Of a DNA stretch of 28,412 nt, positions 1 through 9,600 are shown piece after piece. Location of the stretch: IMG/VR virus record IMGVR_UViG_3300037424_002284, positions 1 through 28,412 of that record. The stretch is one strand, 5' to 3'. The position numbers were made by a program, and so were the translations under genes. The notes under the pieces were generated by a model that was not told the origin of the DNA, searched no databases, and saw only the letters and a program-made list of their open reading frames with translations. Origin of the DNA: a virus (lineage: Duplodnaviria > Caudoviricetes). The stretch's first letter is position 1, and every line of letters starts with the position of its first letter.

Positions 1-357
1 TGTGAACAAATATATGATGATAATTATAAACAAAATAATAGAATAATTATTCGTATAAAAGCTAAAAAAAGGTATAGAAAAAATTTATTGGATTCAATGT
101 TAGGGAATGCAAAAGGAAGAGCTAAAAAAAATAATCTAAAATTTGATTTAGATTTAGAATATTTAAAAATACTTTGGGATAAATGTGATGGTAGATGTGA
201 ATTATCGAATATATTATTTGAATCAGAAGTGTTTAGTAAACCGCATCCATTTAGACCTTCTCTTGATAGAATTAATAATTCTAAAGGTTATATAAAAGGG
301 AATGTACGTATTATATTATGGGCTTTAAATAGGGCTATTAATGATACAGGTTTCTAA
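1..357 (+). CDS. Phage HNH-like endonuclease-domain protein, 5'-partial; possibly truncated by a premature TAA
   Basis: Frame 1 is open from base 1. Motif GRCELS...SLDRINNSKGYIKGNVRII...N is typical of phage HNH-like proteins. The frame stays open after TAA 355-357 up to TAA 451-453. Confidence 0.7.
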   Translation, partial: CEQIYDDNYKQNNRIIIRIKAKKRYRKNLLDSMLGNAKGRAKKNNLKFDLDLEYLKILWDKCDGRCELSNILFESEVFSKPHPFRPSLDRINNSKGYIKGNVRIILWALNRAINDTGF

Positions 358-397
358 ATATATTATAAAATAGCAAAAGAAGTTATAACTAACAACG

Positions 398-425
398 ACC
401 ATATTCCCGAACCCGGCAACATGAT
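398..425. repeat. Imperfect palindrome CATATTCCCG-AACC-CGGCAACATG
   Basis: Arms 400-409 and 414-423 pair at 8 of 10 positions; encodes DHIPEPGNMI in frame 1. Confidence 0.55.
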
Positions 426-456
426 ACAATTTCCAACAAAGACAAAGGCATAAATA

Positions 457-1092
457 ATGACTAACGACTTAACTTTGCTTTTTTACTCTGCGAATATAAT
501 ATGGCCCAAGATCATGAAAGAGGTCACTGATGAACTCCTTTCTTTTAACTATCCCATAATCTCGGTTACACACAAACCTATGGATCTCGGCAAAAACATT
601 GTAGTCCAACTGGAAAGATCTCTACAAAGTATATACAAGCAAGTATTAATAGGTGCCAAAAATGCCACTACCGAATACGTTGCTTTAACCGAAGACGATA
701 TCTTTTACAACGAAGAACATTTCAAACACAGAAGTAATAGCTTCGCCTATAATATAAATCGTTGGACGTTGCACATGACTGAGAAGATGTTCTCGTACCG
801 TGACCGCCCCGTGCTCTCACAATGCATTTGTCCGCGTGAAATGCTCATTAAAAACCTTGAGGAGAGGTTTGCCCTACCCAATATTCCGGACGCTATCTGC
901 GGTGAACCAGGGAGATTAGAATGTCACCTTGGCATCACCCCCTGCGGCTTTACCACTTTTAAAACAGAGAAGCCCACTTTATGCCTCAGCCACACCCGGG
1001 GGATAACGGGAAAAAAGATAATGAGTCCGATACAGGCTGATTATGTTGAAGGGTTGGGTTATGCTAAAGATTGGATAAGGCGGCTAACATAA
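457..1092 (+). CDS. Putative GT-A-fold glycosyltransferase (paralogue of 3155..3895)
   Basis: GAKNATTEYVALTEDDIFY resembles the GT2-like G..A...YV...DxD strand; shares PIISV.xKP..LG.NI, IYKQ.LIG, EHFK, NRW, LSQ.IC.R, EER and GEPG with 3155..3895. Confidence 0.65.
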   Translation: MTNDLTLLFYSANIIWPKIMKEVTDELLSFNYPIISVTHKPMDLGKNIVVQLERSLQSIYKQVLIGAKNATTEYVALTEDDIFYNEEHFKHRSNSFAYNINRWTLHMTEKMFSYRDRPVLSQCICPREMLIKNLEERFALPNIPDAICGEPGRLECHLGITPCGFTTFKTEKPTLCLSHTRGITGKKIMSPIQADYVEGLGYAKDWIRRLT

Positions 1093-1664
1093 TGTTTAAA
1101 CTCCACCTTGCTAATGGTACCGTCTACCTCGATGGATGGACCAACATCGACATTACCGGCAAACTAGCTTCTGAATATCCAGAACTGGCCGAACACAACA
1201 AAACCACCATAGACAAATACTATAAATTCCCTTTCCGCGCTAACAAAAATAATAATGTGACCGACATCATCATGGATGTCCGAAAATTAGCTTACGAGGA
1301 TAACTCGGTAGATCAAATCCTTACGGTCAATTTTATTGACCATATAAAAAAAGAAGAATTTATTGAAGCTGCAAAAGATTGGAAAAGAGTATTAAAGCCG
1401 GGCGGTACCCTAATAATTGATGTAGATGACCGGCAGAAACAAGCTGAAATACTTACAAATGCGGAAACAAACGAAGAAATCGAATGGGCGCTTCGTTTAC
1501 TGTACTGTGACCATGCCGCGCCCGGACGTAGCCATCTATGGGGCTATTGTTCAGAATATTTAAAAGACATCCTTGAACGAATAGGTTTTAAATATGTTTG
1601 GACAAAACGTGATTACATAATACATGACGTTTATCCGAACTTCCAAATAATGGTGCAAAAATAA
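1092..1664 (+). CDS. Class I SAM-dependent methyltransferase (type 11-like, glycan-locus type)
   Basis: KLHLANG..YLDGWTNID, D.RKL.YEDNSVD, RVLKPGG.L.I. Start placed at ATG 1092 because it overlaps the upstream TAA (TAATG). Motif I reads LANG instead of the usual LGCG. Confidence 0.8.
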   Translation: MFKLHLANGTVYLDGWTNIDITGKLASEYPELAEHNKTTIDKYYKFPFRANKNNNVTDIIMDVRKLAYEDNSVDQILTVNFIDHIKKEEFIEAAKDWKRVLKPGGTLIIDVDDRQKQAEILTNAETNEEIEWALRLLYCDHAAPGRSHLWGYCSEYLKDILERIGFKYVWTKRDYIIHDVYPNFQIMVQK

Positions 1665-2437
1665 TGCAGGATAATAATTGGCTACAAAATCATCGTTGGA
1701 ATATTACCAGTCAGCGCGGTGAAGATGGTGTATTAGCCGCCATATTTAATAAAATCGATGGTAATAAATATTGTATTGAATGTGGAGCAGGTACCGGTAA
1801 ATACCTCTCGAACACATGGCGGTTAATCAACGAAAGTGGATGGGAAAGTGTTCAAATAGAAGCGGATACAAATAAATTCAATAAACTTGTTAAAAGATAT
1901 GGAGATTTACCCCAGATAACTTGTTTAAATGCCACTGTAGGGGCTGGAATTGATGATGGCATGGATTATATCCTTTCCGATACACCTTGCCCCTTAGACC
2001 CTGATTTATGTGTAATAGATATAGATGGTTATGATTACTGGGTTTGGTTTCATATGCAAAAGTATAGACCTAAAGTAGTAATGATAGAATTTAATCCGAC
2101 TATCCCTTTCTGGGCACCTATGATACAAGATGCTGATTCAGAGATACCCTTCGGATGTTCTTTAATAACTTTAGTAGAATGTGGCAAGGATAAAAGATAC
2201 GAATTAATATCCGTTACCGATTGGAATGCTATTTTTATAACGGAGGAATTGTTTCCTTTAATAGGAATATCTGATAATTCTCTCTGGGCACTTGCTCGTC
2301 ATATTGTAAAAACCATTACTTATGCGTATCAAAGTTATGATAACAAAGTATATTTTAATGGCAACGATGTTAGATTCTGGGATGTTTCGAAGGGTCATTT
2401 ACTCCATGATTTACAGGTTAAAAATCAGATCTTATGA
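1664..2437 (+). CDS. FkbM-like (Methyltransf_21) methyltransferase
   Basis: SQRGEDGV, IECGAG.G...SNT, W..V.IEAD, DLCVIDIDGYDYWVW, RPKVVMIEFN. Confidence 0.8.
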   Translation: MQDNNWLQNHRWNITSQRGEDGVLAAIFNKIDGNKYCIECGAGTGKYLSNTWRLINESGWESVQIEADTNKFNKLVKRYGDLPQITCLNATVGAGIDDGMDYILSDTPCPLDPDLCVIDIDGYDYWVWFHMQKYRPKVVMIEFNPTIPFWAPMIQDADSEIPFGCSLITLVECGKDKRYELISVTDWNAIFITEELFPLIGISDNSLWALARHIVKTITYAYQSYDNKVYFNGNDVRFWDVSKGHLLHDLQVKNQIL

Positions 2438-3162
2438 ACACTATTATATTCAGTCGTAACCGCGCCATGCAGCTCAATCTCTTACTTCAAGGATTAACTC
2501 TACCGACTACTATTCTTTATACTTATGACCCGGAATTCGAAGCAGGATATAAAAAACTAATAAAGATGTATTCTGAATTTGATTTTGTCAAGGAGATAAA
2601 TTTTAAGGAACAACTTATTAAATTGTTAAATAGCGAATATATTTTATTCCTAGTAGATGATGACTTTGTTGTCGAACCCTTTGACATAAATTGTAAAGAG
2701 TTTGAACAATTTAAAAACAATAGGCTTATATTATGTCTTAGTTTAAGATTAGCAATTAACTTTAAAGAAGTCCCTTCGTTTTTTCCGGGGAATATATGGA
2801 GATGGAAAAATCATCATCATAGTTGGGGCTATCCCATGTCGGTAACTTCTACTATTTTTCGTAGAAAAGATATATTACCTATTATAAAAAATTCCAATTT
2901 TAATAATCCAAATGAACTTGAAATTATATTAAGACAACATCCACCGGAAAGACCTTATATGAGTTGCTGCGATACAGCAAAATTTTGTAATAACCTGGCG
3001 AATCAAATCCAAACAAAATATAAATTTAAAAATTTGCATATTTCACCTTTAGAACTTGAAGAAAAGTTTTTATCCGGAAAGCGTATTTCTTTACAAAAGA
3101 TGAGAGAGAAAGCTTTAGAAGCAAATTATTGTTTTATTATGGAACCATATTCATATGAATAG
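2434..3162 (+). CDS. Putative glycosyltransferase (GT-A-like)
   Basis: N-terminal IIFSRNRAMQL, hydrophobic strand followed by DDD (YILFLVDDD), WGYPMS...IFR, NPNELE; located among glycan genes. Confidence 0.55.
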   Translation: MNTIIFSRNRAMQLNLLLQGLTLPTTILYTYDPEFEAGYKKLIKMYSEFDFVKEINFKEQLIKLLNSEYILFLVDDDFVVEPFDINCKEFEQFKNNRLILCLSLRLAINFKEVPSFFPGNIWRWKNHHHSWGYPMSVTSTIFRRKDILPIIKNSNFNNPNELEIILRQHPPERPYMSCCDTAKFCNNLANQIQTKYKFKNLHISPLELEEKFLSGKRISLQKMREKALEANYCFIMEPYSYE

Positions 3163-3895
3163 AACCACTATAATTTATTTAACTAATAATATATTAAATC
3201 CTATTATTTTTAAAAAAGCTCAAGAATTTTTATTAAAGGCAGCTAGCGATATTCCTATTATTTCAGTATCTCAAAAGCCAGTAAATTTAGGCACAAATAT
3301 TTGCGTTGGAGAGATAGGAAGTTCGTGGCTGAATATTTATAAACAACAATTAATTGGATTAAAAGCCTGTAATACAAAATATGCTGCTATCGCGGAACAT
3401 GATGTTTTTTATATCCCCGAACATTTTAAATTTACCCCCCCGCGAGATGATACCTTTTATTATAATGAAAATAGGTGGTTTGTACAATATGAGGGTAATC
3501 ATCCTCAGTATAATAATATGTATAGTAAAATGAGTCATCTGAAAGCTTTATCACAATTAATTTGTAGCAGAAAATTATTGATTGAAAGTATTGAAGAAAG
3601 ATTATATCTTATTGATAGTGGTATAAAACAAATGCGAAGGTTAGGAGAACCCGGAGCTTTTGTTTCAGATATTGTTAAAGGGGCTATGATTGCTACTTCC
3701 GGATCAAAGGAGTATTTAAGACCATTTTTGGATAAACATTTAAAAAAGTTTAAATCTGAATTTTTTAAAACTAAAAATCCAAATATAGATATCCGGCATT
3801 TTAATAATTTTACAGGGCCACGTAGAGGTAAAAGTAGATGTTATTCTATCCCCTATTGGGGAAAATTCGAGGGCATATTAAAAAATGATACATAA
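3155..3895 (+). CDS. Putative GT-A-fold glycosyltransferase (paralogue of 457..1092)
   Basis: GLKACNTKYAAIAEHDVFY (DxD variant EHD); colinear similarity with 457..1092. Confidence 0.65.
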   Translation: MNRTTIIYLTNNILNPIIFKKAQEFLLKAASDIPIISVSQKPVNLGTNICVGEIGSSWLNIYKQQLIGLKACNTKYAAIAEHDVFYIPEHFKFTPPRDDTFYYNENRWFVQYEGNHPQYNNMYSKMSHLKALSQLICSRKLLIESIEERLYLIDSGIKQMRRLGEPGAFVSDIVKGAMIATSGSKEYLRPFLDKHLKKFKSEFFKTKNPNIDIRHFNNFTGPRRGKSRCYSIPYWGKFEGILKNDT

Positions 3896-6635
3896 CATAG
3901 TTAAATGGAAAAATCCTAATAAAACAATAAATGTTACAGGAATTGTATATTATTTAAATATATCAAGTGGAAATGATTCTAATGATGGTCTTTCTATCCC
4001 TTTCTCGTGGGAAACTGCCGATCACGCTGATTCAGTTATTGCTAATGGTGATGTTGTGTTAGATGAAATAACCGGTAGCGGCCCCTATCCTGAATTACCT
4101 AGAATACAAGATAAAGATTTATTTTATAAATATAAATTAGATGATATTATATATGATTCTTTACAAACTCCTGTAATTACGAGTCTTAGCGATACTACTT
4201 TTTATGATGGGCAATCTATAACTGTTTATGGTTCAGGCTTTAAATTAAGCGGTGCTACAGTTGAATTAAACACAGCAGCAGATGGAAGCGGGACTTCTGT
4301 GAGTCAGACTGTAGTATCTCATAATAGTACTCAAATATCAATTACTATTGAGCAGGGAGCATTAAGTTTAGGAACAGTTTATTTAATTGTTCACAACACA
4401 GACGGGAATCAAAATAGCGGATATTTAAGTACACTGATTGCAGTTCCGGCAGGCACCAATCATTATATCCTAGATGGAGGTACAGGAGATGGCACAGCTT
4501 GGAATAATGCCTTAGATGCATTACCAGCAACACTTGTAAGAGGGGATACATATTATATAGGGGATGGGACTTATGCGTCATATACTTTTGATGATGCAGT
4601 CAGCGGAGCAAATTATATTTATATTAAAAAAGCTACAATTGCTAATCATGGAACAGAAACAGGATGGAATGATTCATATGGTGATGGCCAGGCTTCTTTC
4701 ACTGGAAGATGGTATTTTACAAGATCTTATTATGATATAGATGGACAGGAAGGTAGTGGATATTCTGGGCATGGTTTCTATGTTCATCAAACTGATGTAA
4801 CTTTAAAATCCATTCAATTTAATGGATACACTCCAAATATAACTACAAATTATGTTATAAAGCATTGCGAGTTTGAACATGCCGGAGTCGATCTTGAAAA
4901 CGGCGGCAATGCGGATTGTTTATATATTTATTCAGATGTATCACAATGGGCAGAATATTTTACATTTGAGGATTGTGCATTTCATAATGCAACAAGATCA
5001 GTATTAGCAGCGAGAGATACACGCAACGCAACATTTACAAGATGTTATTTTTATGATATGTGGAATAATACTGAAGTTCATGCTGAAGCAATTGCAATAC
5101 AAATTTATCATGGAGATACAGTTACACCACAGGAATTAAATATCAGATTTACTCAATGTATGTTTAAAAATACTGGTGGTGCTGGAACAATCATCATTGG
5201 TTTACAACATGGTGTAGATGCTAGAATAAATTCTAATGTAACTATAGATAATAGTATCTTTTGGCAGAATTCAGTATATCCTGAAAGATATTATGTTACA
5301 GATGGGATTATAGCTTCATTAGGTGACAATACTTTACAGGACTGTGCAGTTTATAGCTGTACTTTTATAAACAGTCAGCAAGCAAGCGGAGCTGGTGCAA
5401 GATTATTTTCTTCAGATGTGGCTGGAAGTGGGAATGAGTTTAGAAATAACTTAGTTTATAACGATAATGATATTACTAATTCATTTTATAATATAAATAT
5501 AATCACTCATAACTGGTATTATCATGCCGGTGATCATAGTGCAGAAACATCAGATCAGGTTGGAACAGGTGATCCGTTTACTGATTATACAAATGGAGAT
5601 TTAACTCTTAGTGCTAATACTGACGCAGGATATAATCTTGGTTCAACTTATGAAAATGATTTTTCAGGTAATTTAAGAGTAACGTGGTCGAGGGGAGCTT
5701 ATGAGTTCAGAGATCAGATAATTGCAGATCATACTATTGTTGATGATTATGTTAATATACCAGATGCATACATAACAGAAGTTAAAAAGATGTTAATGAA
5801 TGTTCCTGGTGCAAGTCATGGTTGTGCATATATGTATGGACTTAGCTTACTGGAAGCGGTTGATTCTAAATTTGCCTCTAATATAACATGGACAGGTGCG
5901 CCTGAAACTTATACTGCAGACCACGTAAGAGGCGTAAGGACATTCCGATGGGGAACTGGATGGGCTGTATCCGGTGGAGAAGAAAATTGGTACACTAATA
6001 CGGCTGGAATTGCGGCGATGAAAGCACATTTAGCTTATATGCGTACTACATTATCCAATCCTGTTTCCGTGTTTATGCTAGGGTGGTGCTGGGATATGAC
6101 TTGGCATAATGGAGTGACAGCTTCTAAAGATGGCGTACATGGTTGTGGATGGGCAGGTTCATCGGTAAGTGGACCAGAAGGCGATATAGCATGGGGACTT
6201 GATGCGGCGGATTCTGCTATTACAGGAAACAGTGTATGCATGGATACATATTTAGATGCGACTGAACAATACATAGAATATGACACTTTGACAAAAACAA
6301 TTTTTACTACTGGGCCTGTGGATGAAAACAACGGAAATACTGAACTTGGATATCAAAGAGAAGTCAAACAACAATACATCAGAGATTATGTTTTAGCTCA
6401 TCCTGAATATGCTTTATTCGACTGGGCTGATATACTTTATTATAATGATTCAAATGAAAAATCTCCAGCCTTATCTTGGAGTGGACACACCTACTATGGA
6501 ATACATACTGACAACACAGGAACATTCTCGATGACAGGTGGTGTGAATTGCCACATTGGCGAGGCGGGATGTTTAAGACTCGGCAAGGCTCTTTGGTGGA
6601 TGCTTGCAAGATTAGCAGGATGGGATGGTAATTAA
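3885..6635 (+). CDS. Large modular carbohydrate-active or structural protein: beta-helix cap, IPT/TIG domain, right-handed beta-helix, C-terminal SGNH-like domain
   Basis: YYLNISSGNDSNDG..W.T cap; PVITSLS...GQSITVYGSGF (IPT); N/F/C-stacked helix repeats ending GDP.F...GDLTL...DAG...D..G..R...GAYEF; C-terminal domain IIADHT...GASHG...LFDWAD...NCHIGEAG...ALWWMLARLAGW. No signal peptide. Confidence 0.7.
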   Translation: MIHNIVKWKNPNKTINVTGIVYYLNISSGNDSNDGLSIPFSWETADHADSVIANGDVVLDEITGSGPYPELPRIQDKDLFYKYKLDDIIYDSLQTPVITSLSDTTFYDGQSITVYGSGFKLSGATVELNTAADGSGTSVSQTVVSHNSTQISITIEQGALSLGTVYLIVHNTDGNQNSGYLSTLIAVPAGTNHYILDGGTGDGTAWNNALDALPATLVRGDTYYIGDGTYASYTFDDAVSGANYIYIKKATIANHGTETGWNDSYGDGQASFTGRWYFTRSYYDIDGQEGSGYSGHGFYVHQTDVTLKSIQFNGYTPNITTNYVIKHCEFEHAGVDLENGGNADCLYIYSDVSQWAEYFTFEDCAFHNATRSVLAARDTRNATFTRCYFYDMWNNTEVHAEAIAIQIYHGDTVTPQELNIRFTQCMFKNTGGAGTIIIGLQHGVDARINSNVTIDNSIFWQNSVYPERYYVTDGIIASLGDNTLQDCAVYSCTFINSQQASGAGARLFSSDVAGSGNEFRNNLVYNDNDITNSFYNINIITHNWYYHAGDHSAETSDQVGTGDPFTDYTNGDLTLSANTDAGYNLGSTYENDFSGNLRVTWSRGAYEFRDQIIADHTIVDDYVNIPDAYITEVKKMLMNVPGASHGCAYMYGLSLLEAVDSKFASNITWTGAPETYTADHVRGVRTFRWGTGWAVSGGEENWYTNTAGIAAMKAHLAYMRTTLSNPVSVFMLGWCWDMTWHNGVTASKDGVHGCGWAGSSVSGPEGDIAWGLDAADSAITGNSVCMDTYLDATEQYIEYDTLTKTIFTTGPVDENNGNTELGYQREVKQQYIRDYVLAHPEYALFDWADILYYNDSNEKSPALSWSGHTYYGIHTDNTGTFSMTGGVNCHIGEAGCLRLGKALWWMLARLAGWDGN

Positions 6636-9600
6636 ATGGCACTCGTTTTAGGAACTAATTGTGGGTTCGTAACTGTAGCTCCAACAGCTGATCCGTCAGG
6701 TGCAGCCGCAGCTGGAATGGATGCTCATGCTCTTGTACAGAAAGATACAAGTCCAGCTACTGCTGTTAAAATAACAGAAGTTGGATGGTGGTGTGATAAT
6801 GCTACAGAAGAAGCGAATTTTGAAGTTGCTCTTTATGCTGCTGATGGTGCAGTAGTCCCAGGCGAGGCAGGAACACGACTTTATGTAGATAACACAAATG
6901 CAAAAGGCACTGATGCAGGATGGAAAGTTGTAACTGTAGATTGGGCTATTAATCCTGAAACTGTTTACTGGGGAGGTGTCCAGCTTGATGACACTGCTAC
7001 AGCAACCAATAATAACTATACTTCATCTGGTGGCCCAGGGTTTGACGATAGAACAGGTCAAACAACTTTACCTGATCCTTTCGGTGGTGGTGCAATAGCA
7101 CAAACCGCGGGCATGATTGCTTTTTATATGTTATGGGAAGTAGCATCCAGTGCATCAAATTCTCCAAGTAGTTCTCCATCAAGTAGCCCTAGCTCGAGTC
7201 CTAGTACTTCACCAAGTTCGAGCCCAAGTTCATCAGAAAGCCCTAGCACTAGCCCTAGTTCAAGCCCGAGTTCATCAGAAAGTCCGAGTACTTCACCTAG
7301 TTCAAGCCCGAGTACTTCACCAAGTTCTAGTCCAAGTTCAAGCTCAAGCACTTCGCCTAGTTCAAGCCCGAGCACTTCACCTAGCACTAGTCCTAGTTCA
7401 AGTCCTAGTACTTCACCTAGTTCAAGTCCATCAACAAGCCCTAGCACTTCTGCAAGTTCGAGTCCTAGCACTTCACCAAGTACTTCACCTAGTTCAAGCC
7501 CTAGTACTTCTATAAGTTCTAGTCCTAGTTCTAGTTCTAGTTCAACAGAGGTATATAGTTGTGTCTACCCTACCGGGTATACTTTATCAAGTGCTGAAAC
7601 TGCTCGTTATGGTGCTAGAGCATATACATCATTGTCTGCATGGGAAACTGCTAGACAAAGAGATTTAGTTAGTGCTGATGAAATAGAAGTATGCGAAATA
7701 ATAGCAGGGGATAGTAATTATAATTGGAATACTGTTGCTGCAAATGGAGCTTTAATTATAAGCGGATGGACTACGGACGCTACACGATATATATATATCA
7801 AAACACTTGCGGGGGCAAGGCACCATGGTTATTGGGATGTTGAAAGGTTTAGAATAGAATCCGGGACATCTATAAGTATAGGTGTTTCTGAAGAATATGT
7901 TAGATTAGAGGGATTACAAGTATTTTCAACTAATAATAATGCAGTTTATAATACGGCTACTGGTGCCGGAGAATTTCATTTATCTCATTCTATTATTAAA
8001 GGAAATAGTATATCTGCTTCTAATAAACCGGCTATAAATTTAGCTGGGCCTGGAGCATCTAATGATGGTATATGTAAAATTTGGAATAATATAATTCAAG
8101 ATTGTCCCGATTCATTATATGCTGGTATTCATATTGGAGAAACTAATTGCACCTTTTATATTGAAAATAATACTTTTTATAATTGTGCTACAGGTATGCG
8201 TTATGCATCTGGTACAGAATATTGTAAAAACAATAAGATAAGTGCAGTAGATGCTTTTTATGGATCGTTTACAGATGATGATGTAAGAAATGATTATAAT
8301 TTTATTTCTGAAAATACCAATGATACTACGTGTGGAAGTCATGGGGGGTATAACCAAACTTTTCATTTTATAAGTGGAACAGACTATCATTTAAGTCAGA
8401 GTGAGAATGCAGGAGTTAATTTAAGTGCAGGATCAATCAGTTTTTCTGACGACATAGATGAAGAAACAAGAGTCACATGGAATGCCGGAGCGGATGAATT
8501 TATAGCTAATTCTCCAAGCAGCTCACCATCAAGCAGTCCTAGCCCTAGTTCGAGCCCTAGTCCTAGCTCTTCTGTTAGCTCAAGTCCATCATCAAGTCCT
8601 AGCACTTCTGTTAGCTCTAGTCCTAGCCCAAGTTCAAGCCCTAGTTCATCTGTATCAGAAAGTCCAAGTACTTCACCGAGTTCAAGTCTTAGTGAAAGTC
8701 CTAGTGCAAGTGAATCATTAAGTCCTTCAATGTCAACAAGTGGTAGTCCTAGTTCGAGTCCAAGCACTTCACCTAGTTCAAGCCCGAGTTCATCAGAAAG
8801 TCCTAGTACTAGCCCTAGTTCAAGCCCGACTACATCTGCTAGTTCGAGTCCATCATCAAGTCCTAGCACTTCTGCAAGTTCAAGCCCTAGCTCAAGCCCT
8901 AGTTCTAGTCCATCAACGAGTCCAAGTACTTCTGCATCAAATAGCCCAAGTACTTCACCTAGTTCAAGTCCATCAGCAAGCCCTAGTACTTCTATAAGCT
9001 CTAGCCCGAGTTCAAGCCCTAGTTCTTCAAAAAGTCCTAGCCCTAGTTCATCAGAAAGTCCTAGTACTTCACCAAGTTCAAGTCCTAGTTCTTCACCAAG
9101 CACTAGTCCTAGTTCTTCACCAAGTACTTCTATAAGCATTAGCCCAAGTGCTTCTGCCAGCTCAAGTCCATCATCAAGCCCAAGTACTTCTATAAGTTCA
9201 AGTCCCAGTGTTAGCTCAAGTCCTAGTTCTAGCCCTAGCACTTCTGGAAGTCATACTCCTAGCTTTTCGCCAAGTACATCTATTAGTTCAAGTCCTAGTT
9301 CTTCACCAAGTACTAGTCCAAGTACTTCAATAAGTCATAGCCCAAGTTCATCTGTAAGTTCAAGCCCAAGCACTTCTGTAAGTTCAAGCCCAAGCACTTC
9401 ACCGAGTTCAAGTCCTACTACTTCTATAAGTTCAAGCCCATCAGCAAGCCCAAGTACTTCTATAAGCTCAAGCCCTAGTTCATCAGAAAGCCCTAGTACT
9501 TCACCGAGTTCAAGCTCGAGTTCAAGCCCTAGTACTTCAGAAAGCCCAAGCACAAGCCCAAGTTCGAGTCCTAGTTCGTCAGAAAGCCCAAGTTCTTCAG

